From NCBI GenBank assembly GCA_003104935.1, contig PQAE01000011.1:1-46407 (forward strand): a stretch of DNA of 46,407 nt, read 5' to 3'. The notes below the pieces were generated by a model that saw only the letters and a list, made by a program, of their open reading frames with translations, ran no database searches and was not told the DNA's origin. Made by a program: the position numbers and the translations under genes. This document shows positions 17,254-26,205 of this stretch, one piece after another (position 1 is the first letter of the stretch; each line of letters starts with the position of its first letter). This DNA is from Parcubacteria group bacterium (GTDB lineage Bacteria; Patescibacteriota; Patescibacteriia; UBA1558; GWA2-36-10).

Positions 17254-18612
17254 TTAAATTAAATCTAAAGCCGAGCCGCTAGTCAGTATTTGGCAATCAA
17301 ATTTTAATTCACGGGATATTTTATCTTTAAAAATCGGCAAAATATTTTTATCGCCATGGCCGAGTAAGACCAGGCGCGGTTTTTTGAAATGTCTCAACCA
17401 TTCTAAAAGATCGTTTTGATCAGCGTGAGCGGAAAAGGCGTCAATCTGTTCTACATTGGCTTTGACGGGGATAATATTATCGAAGTAATGAAAGTCAAAG
17501 GCGCCGTGCGTGAGATGATGACCAAGTGTACCGGCCACCTGGTAACCCATAAATAAAATATTGTTGCGGCTATCCGGGGCATAGCGAGCCAAATGATGTA
17601 GGATGCGTCCGCCCTCGGCCATACCCGAGCCGGCCAAAATAATTTTTGGCGTGGGCGCGGAGTTAATGGCTTGGGATTGCTCGAGTTGGTTGGTTATCTT
17701 GAGGTGTGGAAAATTAAAAATATCATTGTCTCGAGCCAGATCTTGCTGAGCCGAATAGTTAAGCAACTCGCGGTGATGATTATAGATACGCGTGGCGCTC
17801 ACCGCCATGGGACTATCCAGATAGACCGGCACTCGCCAATCCAGGTGGGTTTCATAATAATCATTGAGCACTTGTAAAACGTCCTGGGTGCGCTCAACGG
17901 CAAAAACGGAAATAAGTAAAGTTGAATTTTTCAAGACAGTTTTTTTTACAACTGATAATAATTTTTCATTTCTTTGGGGAGCTCCCTCGTGTCGGCGGTT
18001 GCCGTAAGTCGCTTCGCAGATGACATAGTCAGCTTCACTCAGATAATCAACATCTTTGACCAGGGGCATATTTTTAGCGCCTAGGTCTCCGGAAAAGATA
18101 ATGGTCTTGCCGGCCGCCTTGACCTCGATAATTGCGGAACCCAATATGTGGCCGGCATCGTGCAGAGTAAAATTGATATTATTGTTTAATTTTTGATTTT
18201 GATAATAATCAATGGCCTGCCAATGGCTATACAATTTTTTTAAATCGCTCAAAGTATAAATCACCGGCAGTTTATATTTCTGGGCCCGCTCTTTCATGAT
18301 AAAAAAATTGTCATCCAGGACAACCTGGGACAGTTGGCTAGTAGCCTCGGTAGTATAAACTGAGCCGGTATAACCTCGAGCGTAAAGCAGGGGCAGGCGG
18401 CCACAATGATCCAGGTGGGCATGAGTGAGAATCACGGCGTTAAGCTGGGCCGGATTAAAGCCAAACTTCTCGCCGTTTTTCTGATAATTTTCCGGTGAAC
18501 CTTGAAAAAATCCGCAATCAATCAGCAGTTTAAAGTCGCCTATTTGCAGGAGATGGCAAGAACCGGTAACTTCACCGGCCGCGCCGTAGGATGTGAGCTT
18601 GAGAGCGGGCAT
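17254..18612 (-). CDS. MBL-fold beta-CASP nuclease (YSH1-like)
   Basis: GAAGEVTGSC, THAHLDHCG, AGHILGS, SGDLG, EATYG, AFSAHAD, HGD. Confidence 0.92.
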   Translation of the reverse strand: MPALKLTSYGAAGEVTGSCHLLQIGDFKLLIDCGFFQGSPENYQKNGEKFGFNPAQLNAVILTHAHLDHCGRLPLLYARGYTGSVYTTEATSQLSQVVLDDNFFIMKERAQKYKLPVIYTLSDLKKLYSHWQAIDYYQNQKLNNNINFTLHDAGHILGSAIIEVKAAGKTIIFSGDLGAKNMPLVKDVDYLSEADYVICEATYGNRRHEGAPQRNEKLLSVVKKTVLKNSTLLISVFAVERTQDVLQVLNDYYETHLDWRVPVYLDSPMAVSATRIYNHHRELLNYSAQQDLARDNDIFNFPHLKITNQLEQSQAINSAPTPKIILAGSGMAEGGRILHHLARYAPDSRNNILFMGYQVAGTLGHHLTHGAFDFHYFDNIIPVKANVEQIDAFSAHADQNDLLEWLRHFKKPRLVLLGHGDKNILPIFKDKISRELKFDCQILTSGSALDLI

Positions 18613-18655
18613 TTTTTGTTTTAGATTTTTGTTTTTATGGGAGGCTCAGCAGAAC

Positions 18656-18967
18656 TTATCGATCAAAGCCCCCGCTAAACATCATTGAAATGACGGCTAT
18701 TACGGCATAAATTACAGGTATGGCTATAAACACCCAAATACTGAAAGTAGACTGCCGATATTCGGGTGAGGTGGTGGCCTTTTTTGAACCACGGCCAATT
18801 ATGAGTTTCACTAGCCACATAGGTACCATGACTACGCCGATTAAAAGTAGTGCTATTACAAGCGTTGCAATAAAGTAATGGTATTTTATACTGTAATAAA
18901 AGTATGGCGAATAAAGCGCTAGACCTCCAAGAACTACCGCAATTTTTAAACTCCTTTTTAATTTCAT
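18656..18967 (-). CDS. membrane protein, hypothetical
   Basis: Three hydrophobic segments; overlaps the CYTH stop. Confidence 0.65.
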   Translation of the reverse strand: MKLKRSLKIAVVLGGLALYSPYFYYSIKYHYFIATLVIALLLIGVVMVPMWLVKLIIGRGSKKATTSPEYRQSTFSIWVFIAIPVIYAVIAVISMMFSGGFDR

Positions 18968-19560
18968 AAATTTTTCATTAATCTATTTAGAAAAGGATTT
19001 TTCATTTTGAAAACAATCAGAGGAGTCTGACGATTAATTTTCTTTAAAGGTATTTTGTATTTGGCGGCATATTGATAATCAACCGAGCCAAACATCGCCT
19101 GGCGATAATCAAATCCCAATTTTCTGGCTACATTGCGGATCGCCTTTTCCGACCGTCCTTCTATCTCCACAAAGGGTTCCAAAAATGGCCATTCGTCAAT
19201 AGTTATTTCTACGGCAGCGATTTTCCACAACTCCCTTTTAGATTCTTGGTAGGCTTTGGGCTGACAACCGATGAGTTTCAGTAGTTCACTAGCTTGCTCA
19301 AAATTATCGACCGTCAGACAAATTTCTTTTTGATCAGTTAGCCGTTGGCCAATGACCGCCTTGAGACTGAGCGTGATTTTTTTGGCCTCTTGCCGGACTC
19401 GGAGCCAGTGACCCCGCCGGTCTTTTTCTTTGGGCAACAAAAAAACATTTCTTTTTTGTAAAAATTCCGGATAGATTAGTTTGGCACCCGCATGGCGCAA
19501 ACGGCGGCGCACGTCATTTTTATTTACCTTGGTAAAAGTAGCTTCGTATTCTATCTGCAT
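18964..19560 (-). CDS. CYTH-domain protein
   Basis: N-terminal IEYE, WLRVR, TLSLK, KRELW, ITIDEWP..FVEIEG. Confidence 0.85.
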   Translation of the reverse strand: MQIEYEATFTKVNKNDVRRRLRHAGAKLIYPEFLQKRNVFLLPKEKDRRGHWLRVRQEAKKITLSLKAVIGQRLTDQKEICLTVDNFEQASELLKLIGCQPKAYQESKRELWKIAAVEITIDEWPFLEPFVEIEGRSEKAIRNVARKLGFDYRQAMFGSVDYQYAAKYKIPLKKINRQTPLIVFKMKNPFLNRLMKNL

Positions 19561-19631
19561 GGCACTATTATATCATTTTTCCGGATTAAAATAAAAAAGC
19601 CCATACTATTTTGTACGGGACTTTTTTAATG

Positions 19632-19970
19632 TTAAATTTTTCGACTTTCCAGAATGCCAACTCGTAGCTCCAGAGGTTTGATACGATCATTGATAACCAC
19701 TTCGCTGATGGCGTCTAGTAAACTATTGTGATGGCTGGCCAGCATATCCTCCATTTTTCTTTCAATTTTTTTATCCAATCTATTTTCCAACTGGACTAAG
19801 CGCTGATCAGCGTAGTCCTTGAGATCGTTTTTTGTAGAGGCCAGGGAAACATCAACGTGTTTGCGCAAAGCGCCAACTTCATTTTTTAATAGCGACACCG
19901 AAGTTTCCACCCGGGCTAGCTGGGCGGAGAGAGGTTGATTATTCTGGTGAATTTTTAGGCTTTTCTTCAT
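19632..19970 (-). CDS. coiled-coil hypothetical protein
   Basis: Heptad-like composition, STKNDLK motif. Confidence 0.65.
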   Translation of the reverse strand: MKKSLKIHQNNQPLSAQLARVETSVSLLKNEVGALRKHVDVSLASTKNDLKDYADQRLVQLENRLDKKIERKMEDMLASHHNSLLDAISEVVINDRIKPLELRVGILESRKI

Positions 19971-20062
19971 AAGCTTAAATTAGTTAATTAGTAGAAATAA
20001 TTTTAATCTTATTTTTTTGTGTTGTCAAAAAACAGAGGGTTAGTGGCTTCTGTTTTTTAAGC

Positions 20063-20713
20063 CTAAATTTTTCCCACCAGGTCCATTCCCGGCTTTAGGG
20101 TTTTTTCTCCCGGGTGCCAATTGGCCGGACAAACCTGATCGCCATATCTATGGACAAATTGGGCGGCCTGCAGTTTTCTGAGAAGTTCCTCAGAGTTACG
20201 GCCGATGCCGTTAGCATTCACTTCCATAGTCATTAATTTTCCTTCCGGATCAATGATAAAAGTACCGCGCAGAGCCATGCCTTCGTCCTTGATGTAGACT
20301 CCATAAGAAAAACTAATCTCCGCTGTAGGATCAGCCAGCATGGGGAATTTTATTTTTTTGATTTGTTCCGAAGAGTCGTGCCAGGCCTTGTGTACAAAGT
20401 GCGAATCGGTAGATACGGACAAAATTTCCGTATTTAGTTTTTTAAACTCCTCATATTTGTCAGCCAAATCACCGAGCTCGGTGGGACAGACAAAAGTAAA
20501 GTCCGCCGGATAGAAAAACAACACTACCCACTTACCTTTATAGTCGGAGAGTTTGATTTTCTTCTCCTGGTCTTCGTGATAGGCCGTGGTCTCAAAAGCA
20601 GGGGCCATTTCATTTATAGTCGGCGTGTGATTGTGCCAAAGATTGCAGCCGCAGTTGTTGCCATTGCAATCACAATCACCGCCGCAACCCTCATGTTTTG
20701 TATGGTCATTCAT
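20063..20713 (-). CDS. ahpC: 2-Cys peroxiredoxin with Cys/His-rich N-terminal extension
   Basis: FFYPADFTFVCPTE, GRN, VCPANW; start moved to MNDHTK (SD GAAAGG). Confidence 0.93.
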   Translation of the reverse strand: MNDHTKHEGCGGDCDCNGNNCGCNLWHNHTPTINEMAPAFETTAYHEDQEKKIKLSDYKGKWVVLFFYPADFTFVCPTELGDLADKYEEFKKLNTEILSVSTDSHFVHKAWHDSSEQIKKIKFPMLADPTAEISFSYGVYIKDEGMALRGTFIIDPEGKLMTMEVNANGIGRNSEELLRKLQAAQFVHRYGDQVCPANWHPGEKTLKPGMDLVGKI

Positions 20714-20822
20714 ATTATTATTCCTTTCTTTTAAATAACGCTTCTGCGAGTCCAGCGTGACTGGACGGAGCAGTCTCATTGAGATTGCCGCGCCCTTATG
20801 GGCTCGCAATAGCGGATATTAA

Positions 20823-21461
20823 TTATTTATTTTTTGTATAATTGTCATTGGCCTTGGCCCAATTTATAATCGGCCAGAAAGCTTCGACAAACTCCACTCT
20901 TCTATTTTGATATTTTAGATAGTAAGCGTGTTCCCAGATGTCCAGAGTCATTATCGGCCGATGTCCCAGACTAAGCGGACTATCTTGATTAGGAGTTTTT
21001 TCAATTATTAATTTTTGACCATCCCAGGACAGCCAGCACCAACCTGAGCCAAAGACACTCACGGCCATTTTAGAAAAGTCCTCTTTAAATTTTTCAAAAG
21101 ATCCAAAGGTGCTGTCTATGGCCTGAGCCAATTCGCCTTCGGGCCGATTATTATCCCGAGGCGCGCGCATGATTTCCCAGAAAAAGCCGTGATGATAGTG
21201 TCCGCCTCCATGATTACGTACCGCCGGGCGAATTTCTTCCTTGACCTGGCTAAGGTCAGAGAGAATCTCCTCAATGTTTTTCTCTAAAAGATCCGGCTGA
21301 GCTTCTATGGCTTTGTTTAGATTGGTAGTGTAAGTGGCGTGATGCTTATCATGGTGGATATGCATAGTAGTCTCATCGATGTAGGGTTCCAGGGCATCAT
21401 AGGCATAGGGCAAATCGGGGGTAATAAATTGTTTCAGCCCGTTAGAAATTTTGTTATTCAT
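20823..21461 (-). CDS. sodA: Fe/Mn superoxide dismutase
   Basis: LPYAYDALEP, HHDKHHATY, NHGGGH, FGSGW, NQD, DIWEHAYY. Confidence 0.93.
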   Translation of the reverse strand: MNNKISNGLKQFITPDLPYAYDALEPYIDETTMHIHHDKHHATYTTNLNKAIEAQPDLLEKNIEEILSDLSQVKEEIRPAVRNHGGGHYHHGFFWEIMRAPRDNNRPEGELAQAIDSTFGSFEKFKEDFSKMAVSVFGSGWCWLSWDGQKLIIEKTPNQDSPLSLGHRPIMTLDIWEHAYYLKYQNRRVEFVEAFWPIINWAKANDNYTKNK

Positions 21462-21539
21462 ATATTTTTATTTAATGTTTGAGGTCCGTTAAAATTTCTA
21501 ACGGGATTCATAGGTTTATCGTTAATTATTATTAATTTG

Positions 21540-21628
21540 TTCGAGCGCCGCCGCGTCGGACGCGGCGTAGTCGAGAACTGCTATTTTAAACTTCTCGACT
21601 CATCCCGCGCAGCGGGATTTGTTCGAAG
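21540..21628. repeat. nested palindromic repeat
   Basis: TTCGAGC..CGCCGCGTCGGACGCGGCG..GTCGAGAA/TTCTCGAC..GTTCGAA. Confidence 0.65.
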
Positions 21629-21636
21629 AAAACAGG

Positions 21637-22314
21637 TTAACCAAAATATTTTTCCGAGTAAAAGCGGATCAGCTGCTCTACTTCTGGTATTAGTTCCGGA
21701 TGGCCGATACCGACTTTAGTCTTTTTCTGCACCGCATCAAGGTCTTTAGCCCCCTCCAGCACCGCTTCTTCAATATCGCGGTCAGTAACCCTGGCAAACT
21801 TATCGACCATTCTGGCAGATTCCTCGATTATCCGCGATTTTTGTTTGGTGCGCACAAAATAATTATTAATAGCACTACGCAGAGCCTTATCTCCCAGTAC
21901 TGAGCAGTGTATTTTTCTGACCGGTAATGTTCCTAGGCGCTGAGTAATATCTTGCGGTCGTATTTTCAGGGCTTGATCTACTTTCATACCGCCTTTTTCT
22001 GTCACCATCACCGAAAGCATAGAAGTGGCGGCGATAGCACTGCCACAACCAAAAGTCTGCCACTTCATTTTTTTTAGGCGGTCAGTTTTCTGATCTATCC
22101 AGACCCAGATCTTCATCATGTCGCCGCAGGCCGGTGAACCGACCATGCCCAGGCCGCTGTAGCCGGATATTTTATTGGCGTCAGTGACTAAATTTTGGGG
22201 ATGGAAAAAATGATCTTTGACGATATTAGTATAGACCCAGGATTCTTTGCAGTCTTGGGGTACGATATCTATATCTTGAGCCACACTCTTTTTTTGTTTG
22301 ACTTTGACGCGCAT
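21637..22314 (-). CDS. nifU: NifU/IscU Fe-S scaffold with degenerate C-terminal BFD-like domain
   Basis: GSPACGD, FGCGSAIA, LPVRKIHCS. Confidence 0.9.
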   Translation of the reverse strand: MRVKVKQKKSVAQDIDIVPQDCKESWVYTNIVKDHFFHPQNLVTDANKISGYSGLGMVGSPACGDMMKIWVWIDQKTDRLKKMKWQTFGCGSAIAATSMLSVMVTEKGGMKVDQALKIRPQDITQRLGTLPVRKIHCSVLGDKALRSAINNYFVRTKQKSRIIEESARMVDKFARVTDRDIEEAVLEGAKDLDAVQKKTKVGIGHPELIPEVEQLIRFYSEKYFG

Positions 22315-22321
22315 AAATAAA

Positions 22322-23587
22322 TTAGCTTAGATTAATTATTTTCCGGGGAGCATTTTTAATAGCGCGGTTCACTTCATCCGGATCGATCTTCACCGGCGAG
22401 GCTTGGCGCAGGCGCTTCACAATGCCGGGCAACTTGGACATTAGATATTCTAAATCTTTTTTAGCAGTGCTTTTGCCAAGTGTAAAGCGCATAGACCCGT
22501 GAGCTACTTCATAGGGACAGCCCAGGGCGCGAATCACATGGGAGGGTTCCAGAGTGGTGGAGGTACAAGCCGAGCCGGTCGAAGCCTGGATGCCGACTTC
22601 ATCCAGATAGAGAAGCATAGCCTCGCCCTCTACATCTAAAATAGAAACATTGACGTTGTTGGGCAGGCGAGTAGAGGGATGACCATTGAGCCGAGTTTTA
22701 GGTATTTTACTTAGGATTTCCTTTATCAGCCAATCGCGTAATTTTATCAGCCGGGCGTTTTCTTTAACTTTATTTTTGTTGATTAATTCTAAGGCTTTAC
22801 CAAGGCCGACGATGTCGGGTACATTTTCCGTGCCCGAGCGCAGATTATTTTCCTGACCGCCGCCGTCAATAAGCGGAGTCAGCGGTGTGCCGCGCCGGAC
22901 ATAGAGCACGCCGACGCCTTTTGGTCCGTAGATCTTACTGCCATTTAAGCTGAGCAAGTCCACGTGCAATTTATGGACATTAAGGTCCAGAGCGCCGGCA
23001 CCCTGGCAAGCATCCGTATGAAAGAAAATCCGCGGCAATTTTCTAGCCAGTCTTTCGGTGTTTAATTTTTGCAAATAAGCGCCTATTTCCCGGATAGGTT
23101 GGATGGTGCCGATCTCATTATTAGCCATCATTATAGAAACTAGCACAGTATTATCTCGGATCGCATCCTTGAGAGCGGGCATCATCACGATTCCCTGGTC
23201 GTCTACCGGTAAGATAGACACTTCTTGATTTTGCTTTTTTATACTTTCGGCCGTATGTAATACAGCATGATGTTCAATAGCGGAAGTGATAAAATGATTA
23301 GTCTTTTCGGCGATTTTTACAGCCGACAGCAGACCCTTTATCGCCAGATTAATGCTTTCCGTGCCGCCAGCGGTGAAAAAAATTTCATCCGGTTGGCCAG
23401 ATAAATTATTGGCGACAATTTGTCGACTTTGGTTTATGGCTTTTTTACTGGTTTGACCTAAACGATAAAGACTGGACGGATTACCAAAATATTCTGTCCA
23501 ATATGGCGCCATTGCCCGCACCACCGCCGGATCCGTGGGAGTAGTGGCGGCATGATCTAAATAAATTTGCCTGCCCTTTCCTTTCAT
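22322..23587 (-). CDS. iscS: cysteine desulfurase
   Basis: IYLDHAATTP, GNPSS, NNEIGTIQP, KIYGPKGVG, RSGTEN, STGSACTS. Confidence 0.95.
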   Translation of the reverse strand: MKGKGRQIYLDHAATTPTDPAVVRAMAPYWTEYFGNPSSLYRLGQTSKKAINQSRQIVANNLSGQPDEIFFTAGGTESINLAIKGLLSAVKIAEKTNHFITSAIEHHAVLHTAESIKKQNQEVSILPVDDQGIVMMPALKDAIRDNTVLVSIMMANNEIGTIQPIREIGAYLQKLNTERLARKLPRIFFHTDACQGAGALDLNVHKLHVDLLSLNGSKIYGPKGVGVLYVRRGTPLTPLIDGGGQENNLRSGTENVPDIVGLGKALELINKNKVKENARLIKLRDWLIKEILSKIPKTRLNGHPSTRLPNNVNVSILDVEGEAMLLYLDEVGIQASTGSACTSTTLEPSHVIRALGCPYEVAHGSMRFTLGKSTAKKDLEYLMSKLPGIVKRLRQASPVKIDPDEVNRAIKNAPRKIINLS

Positions 23588-23596
23588 TATTAGTTA

Positions 23597-23818
23597 TTAT
23601 TTAGCTATTGGCGGATGAATCTGTGTGCCGTCATCTTCAAAGATCCTAATGGCGTTGACCGGACAGCTCTGGGCGGCCTGCAAAATAGTTTCCTTGGTAT
23701 CGCCGGTAGGATTTTTTATAATAGCGATGCCCTCGGAGTCCAGCTCAAAGGTGTTAGGGGCCACGGCCACGCAAGAGGCCACGCTGATACAAAGCTCGCG
23801 ATCTACTTCAATACGCAT
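23597..23818 (-). CDS. ferredoxin, probable [3Fe-4S] type
   Basis: CISVASC..SCPVNAI; second canonical Cys replaced by Val. Confidence 0.88.
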   Translation of the reverse strand: MRIEVDRELCISVASCVAVAPNTFELDSEGIAIIKNPTGDTKETILQAAQSCPVNAIRIFEDDGTQIHPPIAK

Positions 23819-23843
23819 ATTTTTTTAGTTAATTGTTATTTGC

Positions 23844-23915
23844 CCGTCATTCCCGCGAAAGCGGGAATCTACAATATTATTTGTGGTTCCTCGGGTTAAA
23901 CCCGAGGAAGACGGG
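23844..23915. repeat. palindromic repeat, GTCATTCCCGCGAAAGCGGGAATC type
   Basis: CCGTCATTCCCGCGAAAGCGGGAATC..TTCCTCGGGTTAAACCCGAGGAAGACGG. Confidence 0.75.
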
Positions 23916-23926
23916 AGTAATTTATC

Positions 23927-24361
23927 TTAATGAATGTTTTTGAAATGATTTAGACATGGCTCCCGATTTTGGCAGGTGGCGCAGATGCCGAAGAGATCCA
24001 GTTTAAATCCGCCGATCTTATAATTTTTATTGGGCAGATAATTTTTACGTAGCGGATATTTGGGCAGGTTATAAATTTTTTTGCAACTATGGCAGATAAA
24101 ATGATCGTGGTCTTTGAGGTGGCCATCAAAACGACTAGGGCCGTCGGGCACATTTATTTCTTCGGCCAAATTATTTTTTACTAAAAAATTTAGGTTGCGG
24201 TAGATCGTGGCCAGAGAAACGCGTGGTAGAGTCTTTCGGACATCTTTATAGATATCTTCAGCTGTGGGGTGACTAAAATCATGCCGCAAGACCGTCAAGA
24301 CGATCTGGCGAGGTCTGGTCAAGCGGGTTTGAGCGGGAAAAAGATGGTAGGCTGAGTTCAT
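23927..24361 (-). CDS. fur: Fur/PerR-family regulator
   Basis: RLTRPR, HPTAEDIY, SLATIYRNL, HDHFICHSC, GICATC. Confidence 0.92.
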   Translation of the reverse strand: MNSAYHLFPAQTRLTRPRQIVLTVLRHDFSHPTAEDIYKDVRKTLPRVSLATIYRNLNFLVKNNLAEEINVPDGPSRFDGHLKDHDHFICHSCKKIYNLPKYPLRKNYLPNKNYKIGGFKLDLFGICATCQNREPCLNHFKNIH

Positions 24362-24366
24362 TTCTT

Positions 24367-24412
24367 ATTGATAATCATTATCAATAGTATAGTATTTTAT
24401 AAATAAGGTCAA
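24367..24412 (-). promoter_or_regulatory. Fur box overlapping the fur promoter
   Basis: Perfect palindrome ATTGATAATCATTATCAAT (24367-24385); TTGACC-17-TACTAT on the minus strand (24412-24384). Confidence 0.85.
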
Positions 24413-24415
24413 ATA

Positions 24416-24444
24416 TTGACAAAATATCAAAAATATACTATCAT
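24416..24444 (+). promoter_or_regulatory. sigma70 promoter for the putative DGR target
   Basis: TTGACA-17-TATCAT. Confidence 0.65.
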
Positions 24445-24675
24445 TATATATTAAAACAAAGTACCTTTAAAGCTACATAATACTTGCATATTTTGGCTAG
24501 CCATAGCTATAAAAGCCTAATAACCTATTACCCCAAATTTATTAAGGGTTTGTTGATTCACTTCATATTGATAGAGTAATATTGGACTTTTATAGCTATG
24601 GCTACCAAAGCGGAGCCCTCTGGCGGACCAAAGGACGTGTTCACCGTGAACGAGTCCAAACAAAAAGGATAGACC

Positions 24676-25233
24676 ATGTCTAGCCTGTATTCCATCGGTC
24701 AGATGAACCAGCTCGGCGATGCTCTGGAAGCCGCCGAGTACACTCCCGATGAAGTGACCAAGTTGCGCAACTACCCGGAACTTTCCAGCTTCAAAGCTGT
24801 GCTGAACGGTCTGGCCCAGATCGTCGTCATCAAACACATCGTCGATCTCGACGCCAACCCCTTCGTGCCTGACGGCTGGAAGGTCGAGGAGCACATCCGT
24901 GGTGGGAAGTTGGAGTTCGACCCCAAGAAGGTTGCCCTCCATCTGGACGAGGGACAGCAGAATGGCCGCTGGGTCGTCGGCAACGAGCTTCGCAAGAAGC
25001 TCAAGAACCGGTCGGTCTACAACGCCAACCTGCTGGAGTTCTATCTGACCCACCCGAACCTCATCCCCGAGGAGTGGAAAGGAAAGTACACCTACTTCTG
25101 GGGTACCATCTACCGCAACTCCAGCGGCGACTTGTACGTCCGCTGTCTCTCCTGGGGTGGCCAGCAGTGGGACTGGCGCTGCCACTACCTGGACTACTAC
25201 TTCAGCGACGTCCCCGCGGCGGTCTGCAAGTAA
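24676..25233 (+). CDS. probable DGR variable (target) protein, C-type-lectin-like C-terminus
   Basis: SD AAAGGA; GC-rich codon usage unlike neighbours; C-terminus FWGTIYRNSSGDLYVRCLSWGGQQWDWRCHYLDYYFSDVPAAVCK built mostly from NNC codons; hairpins after the stop. Confidence 0.65.
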   Translation: MSSLYSIGQMNQLGDALEAAEYTPDEVTKLRNYPELSSFKAVLNGLAQIVVIKHIVDLDANPFVPDGWKVEEHIRGGKLEFDPKKVALHLDEGQQNGRWVVGNELRKKLKNRSVYNANLLEFYLTHPNLIPEEWKGKYTYFWGTIYRNSSGDLYVRCLSWGGQQWDWRCHYLDYYFSDVPAAVCK

Positions 25234-25313
25234 CATATAGCACTTAGTGCTTTGGTTCTTAGGACTTACCCTTAAGTCCTTTGACCTTAGACTTTGTAGC
25301 TATACAAACACGA

Positions 25314-25352
25314 GAGGCCTCATACAGAAATGTGTGGGGCTTCCTTCTTTTT
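25314..25352 (+). terminator. intrinsic terminator
   Basis: GAGGCCTCATACAGAAATGTGTGGGGCTTC followed by a pyrimidine/T-run. Confidence 0.6.
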
Positions 25353-25364
25353 AATTAAAAATCG

Positions 25365-25483
25365 CGGCCAGCCGCCTGAGTAGCCGTCATTGCGAGCCCG
25401 TCAGGGCGTGGCAATCTAAAGGCTTGTAGATTGCTTCGTCGCAAAGAGCTCCCCGCAATGACTATGAACAAATGCGGCTGGCC
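25365..25483. repeat. palindromic repeat, GTCATTGCGAG..GCAATC..GATTGC..CGCAATGAC type
   Basis: Nested within GGCCAGCCGC..GCGGCTGGCC; a related copy lies at about 20740-20815. Confidence 0.7.
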
Positions 25484-25492
25484 ATTTTTATA

Positions 25493-25521
25493 TTGACAAA
25501 AGCCTTTTTTTGTGATATACT
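25493..25521 (+). promoter_or_regulatory. near-consensus sigma70 promoter
   Basis: TTGACA-17-TATACT with TGn extended -10. Confidence 0.75.
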
Positions 25522-25887
25522 GTAGATGTAAGTTGAAATTGGCTTAACCGCGTTTGACGCGGTGGCCAATTTTTTATTAGCAAGTTTTCATCCCGTCAGA
25601 GGCTATAGCCTCTTTACGGGGTTAGCCCCAAAGCTATTAACTGTTGTTTGACAATTGAATAAATAAGAGACCAAAGCGCACTTAAATGTGGGCTAAAAAT
25701 GAGTAAAAAAAGCTAATGACTATGTTGATTATGATAGACCCTAGGCCCTTTGTATAGGCCCGGCACTCAAATCATAACTACATTAGTCAAAAAATCCAAT
25801 TAATTAATAACGCTAACAGGCAATCGTCTTGTGGCCGGAAAAAATATCCGCCAGAGGCGGATCAGCCTTTGGCTGAAAAACAAAAAT

Positions 25888-26043
25888 ATGGAACAAGTAG
25901 TTAACGCCCAAGGTAAGGTGACTGAGTTAAAAATCAGATCATTTCATCATTGTGGTTGGATGGCTAATCCCACAGTGGAAAGCCATCAGTATTGGTCCAT
26001 TCTGACACTTTTTCTTTTTAGTATCATGGTGTTAGCGGCCTAG
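25888..26043 (+). CDS. small membrane protein (51 aa)
   Basis: MEQVVNAQ..WSILTLFLFSIMVLAA; ATG at 25888. Confidence 0.5.
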   Translation: MEQVVNAQGKVTELKIRSFHHCGWMANPTVESHQYWSILTLFLFSIMVLAA

Positions 26044-26062
26044 AAAACTAAATAACAATAAT

Positions 26063-26125
26063 ATGAAAAAAATAATTTTCGTCCTATTGTTATTTAGCTG
26101 GGCAACCTATACATTATATTGCTAA
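26063..26125 (+). CDS. putative 20-aa hydrophobic peptide
   Basis: MKKIIFVLLLFSWATYTLYC*. Confidence 0.3.
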   Translation: MKKIIFVLLLFSWATYTLYC

Positions 26126-26205
26126 AGAAAAATCGTGTGAATCCTGTGAGAGATTTATTAACTGACAGGATTCGGGGGAATAATTAATAATTAATCTCTA
26201 ACAGG

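Noticed and set aside
20714-20809. Extended AhpC start
   Set aside because: Reads through a palindromic repeat; the SD precedes ATG 20713.
24517-25236. 239-aa minus-strand ORF
   Set aside because: Antisense shadow of the GC-rich plus-strand gene, which has the SD, promoter and terminator.
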